Source: an uncultured Planctomycetota bacterium (GTDB taxonomy: Bacteria > Planctomycetota > Planctomycetia > Isosphaerales > Isosphaeraceae). Taken from it: 64,000 nt of DNA. Below are positions 56,584 through 64,000 of the stretch, in pieces. Numbering within the stretch: the first letter of the stretch is position 1; each line of letters begins with the position of its first letter. A model generated the notes under the pieces. That model saw only the letters and a list, made by a program, of their open reading frames with translations. It made no database searches and had not been told where the DNA came from. Position numbers and translations under genes: made by a program. The stretch lies in contig CAWGMQ010000008.1 in assembly GCA_963823665.1 (NCBI GenBank), positions 1-64,000 on the forward strand. Reading direction: 5' to 3'.

Positions 56584-56660
56584 TTTCGCTGTACAGTATG
56601 CCATCGTGATTTCGGTCGCACGGCGGCTGTCCGTGCTTATGCAAAACTTCGCCGCGAACT

Positions 56661-58205
56661 TCAAGCACGCACCACGCCCGCCTTTCCCGCCTCGACCACA
56701 AACGACGCCTTCGTCGTGGCAATCGGCCGCGGCTGCGTGACTTGCTCGACGACGTGGTAGTCGCTGCGCCAGACTCTTGGCGTGATCGTGCACCGAACGT
56801 ACCCGCGCTGGCCGTTGTGAAATTTCACGCCAGGATTATCGGAAAGCAGGCGATCCTGATACTTCGCCTTGTCATATCCGTTGCCGCCCGTCGAGATCGA
56901 AGTGCCGACGAACTCTGTTGCGACGACGGCCGAGTCGTGTTGCCGGTCGTCGGTGCGAAGCTCGTTCACCCAGTTCGAATGGATGTCTCCCGTAAGCACC
57001 ACAGGGTTCGGGACCCTTCGCTCGGACAGAAACTTCACGAGCTGAATTCTCTCATGAGCATAGCCCGGCCATTGATCCATCGAGTAGACCAGGTCGCCGG
57101 TCGACGAACGATAGGCAGCCATGCCCATCATCACCTGCTGGGCCAGCACGTTCCAGGTCGCCTGCGACTCGATCAGCCGCGCTTGCAGCCACCCGGCCTG
57201 GGTCGGCCCGAGCAAGGTGTTTCTTGACGCGAGCGCGGCATCATTAAGTGATGACCGTCGGCCGCCATTGGGCTGGTCAGTACGATACTGCCGCGTGTCG
57301 AGCACCTGAAACTCGGCCAGCCGGCCAAAGCGAATCGTCCGGTAAAGCCGGATATCAGGCCCTTCCGGCAGCGATCGCCTGCGCAAGGGCATCATCTCGT
57401 AGTATGCCTGGTAGGCTCTCGCTCTCCGTTCGAGGAATTCGATGGGATCGACGCCTCGGTCCTCGGCAACGGAACCTGCGTAGTCGTTTTCGACCTCATG
57501 ATCGTCGGGCGTGACGACCCACGGGCAGTGTGCGTGTGCACGCTGAAGGTTGGGATCGCTCTTGTACTGGGCATAGCGAATGCGGTACTCGTCCAGGGTT
57601 CGCGGCTCCGCCCCGAGATGTTTGCGCACGCGGCGATCAACGCCCGGGTATTCGTAGATATAGTCCCCCAGGTGAAAAACGACGTCGAGCTCATCCCGGA
57701 CCATGTTCTCATACGCCGTGAAGAGCCCCTGCTCAAAGTGCTGGCATGATGCGAACGCCATTCGGAGCTGGGGTGGCAACGCACTATCGGCAGGCATGGT
57801 CCGAACGCGTCCCACAGGGCTCTTCGCGTCGCCAGCGTGAAAGCGGTACCAGTACCAGTGGTCGGGTTCGAGACCGTCAACTTCAACGTGGACGGAATGC
57901 GCCAGTTGCGGCGTTGCGGTGGCAATACCGCTTCGGACGACCTTCGTCATCGCCTGGTCGCCGGCGAGCGTCCAGGTTACCCCGACATTCTCGCGCGGCA
58001 TGCCGCCCTCGGGCTCGAGCGGCCGGGGCGCCAGTCTGGTCCAGAGCACAACGCCGCTGTTCGTGGGATCGCCCGACGCAACGCCAAGCGAGAATGGGTC
58101 CGCATCGAAGCGAAATCCGCGAATTGTCCTGCCTTCCACGCGGTCGCCTAGCAGCGGTATTCCCGCAAGAGCCGCAACGTGAGCCAGAAACCGCCGTCGA
58201 TCCAT
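56661..58205 (-). CDS. phoD: Alkaline phosphatase D family protein, Tat-exported
   Basis: MDRRRFL leader and motifs FSLGVASGDP, VVLWTRL, FASCQ, FHLGDYIYE, DDHEVEND, LDTRQYR, DQWPGY and VLTGDIH. Confidence 0.95.
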   Translation of the reverse strand: MDRRRFLAHVAALAGIPLLGDRVEGRTIRGFRFDADPFSLGVASGDPTNSGVVLWTRLAPRPLEPEGGMPRENVGVTWTLAGDQAMTKVVRSGIATATPQLAHSVHVEVDGLEPDHWYWYRFHAGDAKSPVGRVRTMPADSALPPQLRMAFASCQHFEQGLFTAYENMVRDELDVVFHLGDYIYEYPGVDRRVRKHLGAEPRTLDEYRIRYAQYKSDPNLQRAHAHCPWVVTPDDHEVENDYAGSVAEDRGVDPIEFLERRARAYQAYYEMMPLRRRSLPEGPDIRLYRTIRFGRLAEFQVLDTRQYRTDQPNGGRRSSLNDAALASRNTLLGPTQAGWLQARLIESQATWNVLAQQVMMGMAAYRSSTGDLVYSMDQWPGYAHERIQLVKFLSERRVPNPVVLTGDIHSNWVNELRTDDRQHDSAVVATEFVGTSISTGGNGYDKAKYQDRLLSDNPGVKFHNGQRGYVRCTITPRVWRSDYHVVEQVTQPRPIATTKASFVVEAGKAGVVRA

Positions 58206-58330
58206 TGCACGTGAACTCCGTACGCGCTTGCGAACGCCCCAAATATCGATCACAGTGTAATCCTGTACCCTTGTGGGTGAGCTCAGATAAATGATTATGG
58301 CTGCGCGCGAGCGCGGAGAAAGGCCGTCGA

Positions 58331-58873
58331 ATGCCTGGTCCGTATGTTGCGTTGCTTCGTGGAATCAACGTCGGCGGCAAGAACAAGATCTTGATGGCTC
58401 ATCTCAGCGAGATGTTCGTGAACGCCGGGTGCAAGAATGTGCGAACATTCATCCAGAGCGGCAACGTGATTTTCGACGGCTCCGCGAAGTTGTCAGCACA
58501 GGTTCCGCGTCTCGTGGCCGAGCAGATCGCCGACGTGCTCGGGTACAAGACGCCGGTAGTACTGCGGTCGCTTTTGGAGCTCGAAGAGGCAGTAAACAAC
58601 AACCCGTTTTTGAAGCTTGACTCCGATCTTGGATTGCTGCATCTGGTGTTTCTGGCAGCGCTTCCCGAGCCGAGCAAAGTTGCGGCCCTTGACCCTCAGC
58701 GCTCACCGGGCGATGAGTATGTGGTGCGCGGCCGGGAAATCTACCTGTCGCTTCCGAACGGCGCTGGCGAATCCAAGCTGACGAACGCCTACTTCGATTC
58801 CAAGCTCTCCACAACAAGCACCGGGCGAAACTGGCGGACCGTAACCAAGCTGCTGGAGATGATGAAGGGCTGA
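58331..58873 (+). CDS. DUF1697 family protein
   Basis: YVALLRGINVGGKNKI.M, VRTFIQSGNVIF and TGRNWRTVTKL. Confidence 0.92.
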   Translation: MPGPYVALLRGINVGGKNKILMAHLSEMFVNAGCKNVRTFIQSGNVIFDGSAKLSAQVPRLVAEQIADVLGYKTPVVLRSLLELEEAVNNNPFLKLDSDLGLLHLVFLAALPEPSKVAALDPQRSPGDEYVVRGREIYLSLPNGAGESKLTNAYFDSKLSTTSTGRNWRTVTKLLEMMKG

Positions 58874-58934
58874 GCCAGGGCCGCGGCGAGTCGCTCGAAA
58901 CTCTTTCCCACAGGCGCAACGGCGCTCCTCGGGG

Positions 58935-58963
58935 TTGACAGCCAATTTACTCTCGACGATGCT
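58935..58963 (+). promoter_or_regulatory. Candidate sigma70 promoter of the tRNA
   Basis: Perfect TTGACA (58935-58940), a 17-nt spacer, then GATGCT, 15 nt before the tRNA. Confidence 0.45.
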
Positions 58964-58978
58964 GAATTGGGTGGTGCG

Positions 58979-59061
58979 GCCGAAGTGGCGGAATGGCAGA
59001 CGCGCCGGACTCAAAATCCGGTCCTCGCAAGAGGGTGTGGGTTCAAGTCCCACCTTCGGTA
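58979..59061 (+). tRNA. tRNA-Leu: tRNA-Leu (anticodon CAA), CCA not encoded
   Basis: Acceptor GCCGAAG/CTTCGGT with discriminator A, D-loop GGAATGGCAGAC, anticodon arm CCGGA-CTCAAAA-TCCGG, long variable arm CCTC-GCAA-GAGG, and T arm GTGGG-TTCAAGT-CCCAC. Confidence 0.96.
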
Positions 59062-59348
59062 TTATTCGATCGGTCAATACTCGCCTGGTTATGGGCAGGC
59101 AGACGAGCTTCGATCGGATCGCCGATGATCTGCCCTGGGGACTCACGTCATCTTGCGGATCCAAGTCGCGAGCAAGGCCGGGACTGTCCGCTTTGAACGC
59201 TCGAGATGGTTTGCGCGGTCGTCGAGCTGATCGGCCTGGTCGCTCGATCGAGCAGTTGAAAAACCCGATTCGCCCCGCTAACCCGGTGCTAACACTGGAT
59301 TCCAAGTAAGCGACGATCGCTCCGGCTATTCCTCAGCCGAGGCGTGAG

Positions 59349-62300
59349 GTGAAAACGATGGCCCAACTCGAGATCGATCGCAATCTCCTCTTCGGCGTGC
59401 TCGCCCTGCAGCGCGACATGATCGACCAATCGCGCTTTGCAGAGGCCTGCGCCGTCTGGTCTCTGGACATCAAACGCGACCTCTCGGACATCCTGATCGA
59501 GCGCGGGTGGTTGGACAGTGGCGATCGCTGCGAAATAGAGCGGGACATCGAGCGGAAGCTCAGAAAGTATGGAGGAGACGTCCGGGCCACGCTGGGGGCG
59601 CTCGCCGGGGCAGATGTCCGCGATGCGATCGGGGCCGTCGACCACGCCGAGGTACGCAAGTCACTCAACCGCCTGCCGCCTGCCGCGGGCTACGTGTTGG
59701 TGGAGACCCTCGTCAAGTCGAGCGAGCAGCGCTCCCGCTACACTCTGACCCGGCTGTACGCCGAGGGAGGTCTGGGCAAGGTCTGGGTGGCACGGGACAC
59801 CGATCTGAACCGCGAGGTGGCTCTCAAGGAGATCAAGCCCGACCAAGCCCAGAACCCCGAGATGTGGCGGCGATTTCTGAAAGAGGCGCAGATCACCGGA
59901 CAGTTGGAGCACCCGAACATTGTGCCGGTGTACGAGCTGGCGCACCGGCACGAGGACCATCAACCTTTTTACACGATGCGGCTCGTCCGAGGTCGCACCT
60001 TGAGCCAGGCGATCTCGGAGTATCACCGGACGCGCGGCGAGGGGCGGGTCGATCCGCTAGCCCTGCCTAATCTGCTGCAAGCGTTCATCGGCGTCTGCCA
60101 GGCGATTGCCTACGCCCACTCCCGCGGCGTCGTGCATCGCGACCTGAAGCCCGAAAACGTTGTGCTTGGCGGGTTCGGCGAGGTCATTGTGCTCGACTGG
60201 GGCCTGGCCAGGGTTCTCGATCGCCTCGATCACGAAGACTCGCTCCCGATCGTGGATCTCACTGACGACGCGCACGCAGAGGCCACCCGCGCTGGCCAAC
60301 AGCTCGGCACGCCCGCCTACATGGCACCTGAGCAGGCAGCGGGGCGGCTGGATCTGGTTGACCGGCGGACCGACGTCTACGGCCTCGGCGCCATTCTTTT
60401 CGAGATCCTGACGGGTCATCCTCCCCATGAGGCGAGAAATTCCCTTGAGATCTTCGAGCGCATCATCAACGGCGAGACCCCGCGCGCCCGGCGGTTTGAA
60501 CCATCGACGCCAAAGGGGCTCGAAGCGATTAGCTCCCGGGCAATGGCAAAGGAACGCTCGGACCGCTACGAGTCGGCCGCGGTTCTGGCCGAGGACGTGC
60601 AGCGCTGGCTGGCCGACGAGCCGATCTCGTCCTACCGCGAGCCAACGCTCCAGCGCCTTGCCCGGTGGTCTCGCCGGCATCGCGCCGGGATGCTCACAGG
60701 GGGGCTAACGCTGCTGCTGATCGTTGCCTCCGCCAGCGGAGGATTCTATCTGGAGGCAAGGAGAAATCGTCAGGCTCTGGCGCACCGGTCTCCAATTGAG
60801 CGTGGCGTCGAGATCCGACGAGGCGCTGGCGCTCATCGAAATCCACAACGACCGTTTCCCCAGCGCGGAGTTGGTCCTGGAACAGGCGGTGGAGCGCCTC
60901 CGAGGCGAACCCGCGCTCTCGGTCCTTCTGGCGCGCCTGGAGGTGAACCGTGGGCACTTGCACCACCTGGTGGAGTTCTACCGGATCGCCGACGAGGCAG
61001 AGTACCTTGAGATATTGAATTTCGACGACGAGTCGGCGGCAGCGTGCGAGGCCGCGCTGCGGCACTTGAATATCACGGCGCATGAAAAGTGGTGGGAGCA
61101 TCTGCCCGCCGCCCAACTCCTCGAGAGCCGCCAGGTCAAGGAACTTCAAGAGGATGCATACCGGCTCATGATTCTTCTGGCCGGCGTTCGCGCCAAGGAT
61201 GGACTGATGAATTTCGGGAGCCCGGCGGCGGCTGGCGCGTACCGGCGGGCCCTGGAATTGTTGCCCGCTGCGCAGCGGTTCCGGCCGCGCGACCGCTCCG
61301 GCCAGCTCCTCGATCTTATCTGCCGCCACGGCTTAGGGCAGCGAGTCGAGCGGCTGCCCGCCGGGGACCCGCAGAGCGCGGTGGATTATTACTTCCTGGG
61401 CATCCTGCACGTGTTAGTCGCTGACATCCCGGACGACCCCGTGTCGAATTTATTCACCTCGAGGACGCGGGACCTTACCGGCCTCGACTTCAAAAACGCA
61501 CTGGGTACAGCCGAGCGATACCTCCGCACTGCGGCGAGCCTCAAGCCGCAACACTACTGGACGCATTACTGGCTGGGCGTCGCCCTCAATATCGATAACA
61601 AGCCGGATGAGGCCGAGCTTGCTTACAACACCTGTGTGGGGCTGCAGCCCGCGCGCGAGCGGGTACGCTGAGCGCGCAGTCATTATCATTGTTCAATTTA
61701 CTCGCACAAGTGATCCGAAAATCGGGCGCCTGCTTCTCGATCGCGGTATGAGGGACATTCAACTGGCGACTGAACTCAATCCGGACGATCCCAGGGTTCT
61801 CACACGGAGAGCCAGAATCTTCCGCCTGCTTGCGCATCTGCGCGAAATGGTCGAGGCTGCGGCCCGATTGTTTGACCTCTGGGTGTATCGTCACCATGCC
61901 ACTGCCTGGAGCCATAAAGTCGCTCGGAATCAGAGGGAAGAGTTCCTCCAAGCGCTCATGGAACTGACCAGGAGCGGATACGATGATGCGGAGACTTGGT
62001 CCACCATCGCCAGCGCTCACCTGGCGAACGATCGGTTAGACGAAGCGGACCGAGCGGTCGAGCGCGCCCTGGAACATGCGGCCTACAACCCCCGGGCGCT
62101 GGCCGTCCGCGGGACTGTTGCCCTGCGGAGGAAACCGCCCCGCCCTCACCAGGCCATTGCTGATTTCGATGTGGCGCTTGCCCGGTCGCCCAGAAACTAC
62201 CTGGCGGCGACCGGGCGGGCCCAGGCGTACGAGTCGTTGAATAACCTCGAGGAAGCACTGTCCGGTTTCGACCACGCCCTGCGCCGGAGTTCTCGACGGG

Positions 62301-62567
62301 CAGCGGCGCGAGGCCCAACAGAGCCGAGCCCGGATCCTACGCCTTCTGGGACGGACCGAAGAAGCCGCGCAGGCGGAGCACATCGCCCGAGACTTCGTCC
62401 GCATGCCTACGGACACAGGCGTTCCGTCCCACCAGAAGGGCCCGGACATACATCCTTCGGCTAGTCTCGCCCCCGCGGAACCACATAGGTTCAGGCTGCT
62501 TCTTGCCTCCCTGGGAGGAAGGGTCCGGGGCACTCCAGGTCCCGTCCAATTATTGGCGGTACGGTAA
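59349..62567 (+). CDS. Ser/Thr protein kinase with TM and long TPR C-terminus (frameshifts at ~60780, ~61650, ~62285)
   Basis: DRNLLFGVLALQ N-terminus and motifs AEGGLGKVW, VALKE, HRDLKPENV, DWG and GTPAYMAPE. ORFs 60724-61671 and 61607-62464 carry TPRs. A final frame (EAQQSRARILRLLGRTEEA) ends at TAA 62567. The 3' end is uncertain. Confidence 0.78.
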
Positions 62568-62569
62568 CC

Positions 62570-64000
62570 ATGCCCACGATCCCCGAGGCCTTGGCCACCG
62601 CGATTCAGCATCAACGGGCGGGGCGATTGCGTGTGGCGGAGACGATTCACCGGCGGATTCTCGCGGCTGACCCCGATCAGCCCGATGCGTGGCACCTGCT
62701 GGGGCTGATTGCATCGGAGGCCGGCAACCAACAAGCAGGAGTCGAGTGCATCCAGCGTGCTCTCTTGCTCAGACCTGAATGGGCCGAGGCGCACTTTAAC
62801 CTGGGAAACACCTGGAAGAACCAGGGAAAGCTCGACCTGGCCATTGCGTCCTATCAGCGAGCGGTGCAACTGAAGCCCGACTACGGCGAGATGCACAACA
62901 ACTTGGGGCTCGCCTGGCGGGACCACGGCGATCTCGATGAAGCCGTGGCGTGTTATCAGCGAGCGCTCCAACTCAAGCCCGGCTACGCCGAAGCACACAA
63001 CAACCTGGGTAACGCTCTCACCAGTCAGGGCACTACGGACGAAGCCACGGCGTGTTATCGGCAGGCGCTCCAGCTCAAGCCCGGCTACGCCGAGGCTCAC
63101 AACAACCTGGGAAACGCTCTCACCCGTCAGGGTAAGCCGGACGAAGCCGCGGCGTGTTATCAGCGGGCGCTGGAACTGAATCCCGGCTACGCCGAGGCTC
63201 ACAACGACCTGGGTAACGTTTTCATGGGTCAGGGCAAGCCCGTCGAAGCCGCGGCGTGCTATCAGCGAGCGCTGCGACTGAATCCTGTCTACGCCGAGGC
63301 ACACAACAACCTGGGTAACGTTTTCAAGGATCAGGACAAGCTGGACGAAGCCGTAGTGTGCTATCAGCGGGCGCTACAAGTCAATCCCGACTACGCCCTG
63401 GCGTACTACAACCTGGGGCTCCTCTGGCAGGATCGCGGGAACCTGGACGAAGCCGTGGCCTGTTATCGGCAGGCATTGAGACTCGACCCTGCCTATGCCG
63501 AGGCGCACAACAACCTGGGGAACGCTCTCAAGGATCAGGGGGCCCTGGACGAGGCGGTTGCCTCCTTCCGCCGGGCCATCGAGCTGAAGCCGGACGATCA
63601 TGCGGCCCACAGCAACCTGCTCTACACGCTGATCTTCTGCCCCGGCTTCGACGCGCGAACAATTCTCGAAGAGCACCGGCTCTGGAGCCAGCGGTTCGCC
63701 GAGCCGCTTTCACGGCTCATTGAACCGCATTCGAACGACTGTTCTTCCCACCGGCGGCTACGAATCGGCTATGTTTCACCTGACTTTTGCGACCATGCCC
63801 AGTCGTTTTTCATGGTGCCTCTTCTCTCAGCACATGATCACGAGAACTTCGAGATTTACTGCTATTCAGATGTCGCTCGTCCTGACGAAATCACGGCGCG
63901 GCTCCGTCCTCTGGCCGACGTCTGGCGGAGCATCGCCGGTCTTTCCGACGAGCAGGTAGCCGCGCTCGTCCGCCAGGACGGGATCGACATTCTCGTCGAC
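62570..64000 (+). CDS. TPR-containing SPINDLY/O-GlcNAc transferase family (GT41) glycosyltransferase, 3'-truncated, absent from the ORF track
   Basis: Hand translation from ATG 62570: MPTIPEALATAIQHQRAGRL..., about 9 TPRs (AEAHNNLG, 102-bp period), then HSNLL and RRLRIGYVSPDFCDH...HDHENFEIYCYS...VRQDGIDILVD. Open to the window end. Confidence 0.92.
   Translation, partial: MPTIPEALATAIQHQRAGRLRVAETIHRRILAADPDQPDAWHLLGLIASEAGNQQAGVECIQRALLLRPEWAEAHFNLGNTWKNQGKLDLAIASYQRAVQLKPDYGEMHNNLGLAWRDHGDLDEAVACYQRALQLKPGYAEAHNNLGNALTSQGTTDEATACYRQALQLKPGYAEAHNNLGNALTRQGKPDEAAACYQRALELNPGYAEAHNDLGNVFMGQGKPVEAAACYQRALRLNPVYAEAHNNLGNVFKDQDKLDEAVVCYQRALQVNPDYALAYYNLGLLWQDRGNLDEAVACYRQALRLDPAYAEAHNNLGNALKDQGALDEAVASFRRAIELKPDDHAAHSNLLYTLIFCPGFDARTILEEHRLWSQRFAEPLSRLIEPHSNDCSSHRRLRIGYVSPDFCDHAQSFFMVPLLSAHDHENFEIYCYSDVARPDEITARLRPLADVWRSIAGLSDEQVAALVRQDGIDILVD

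Noticed and set aside
58703..59309. ORFs 58703-59305 (-), 58935-59309 (+) and 58993-59196 (+)
   Set aside because: They overlap the tRNA and show no protein-like features.
58979..59348. tRNA-Leu as the attachment site of an integrated element
   Set aside because: No integrase and no duplicate of the tRNA 3' end was seen. An element extending past the window cannot be excluded.
62036..63304. 422-aa minus-strand ORF, and similar long antisense ORFs such as 28114-29382, 44007-45452 and 18226-19368
   Set aside because: These are shadow frames of well-supported repetitive or high-GC genes on the opposite strand.

Overview
High-GC bacterial chromosomal DNA. The gene content points to a planctomycete, probably Isosphaerales-like (inference): LExLExRxxL leader motifs, a planctomycete-style dockerin tail, GPTAVEY Flp pilins, and ECF sigma/Ser-Thr kinase pairs. 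From left to right: (1) the 3' 11 kb of a giant secreted mosaic protein (PKD, FG-GAP, RTX-like repeats, metzincin HExxHxxGxxH, Ig/FN3-like repeats, dockerin) broken by many frameshifts; (2) an ECF sigma factor with a long C-terminal extension facing a ZAS-like-kinase/ECF pair; (3) two tandem paralogous giant surface proteins with the same module order but different repeat counts; (4) a kinase-STAND-like ATPase-TPR-FGE protein, a DUF362 gene and a prenyltransferase-repeat gene; (5) a Flp/Tad pilus cluster with two pilins, no secretin in the cluster, a 967-aa split-VWA TadG and a coupled ABC transporter; (6) a two-gene islet encoding a degenerate RelE/ParE-like protein and a sensor-less Shedu (DUF4263)-like nuclease; (7) phoD, DUF1697 and tRNA-Leu(CAA); (8) a kinase-TPR gene followed by a SPINDLY/OGT-family (GT41) glycosyltransferase that runs off the window. 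Small indels split at least five genes and look like long-read sequencing errors. All family calls come from reading motifs by eye, not from database searches.
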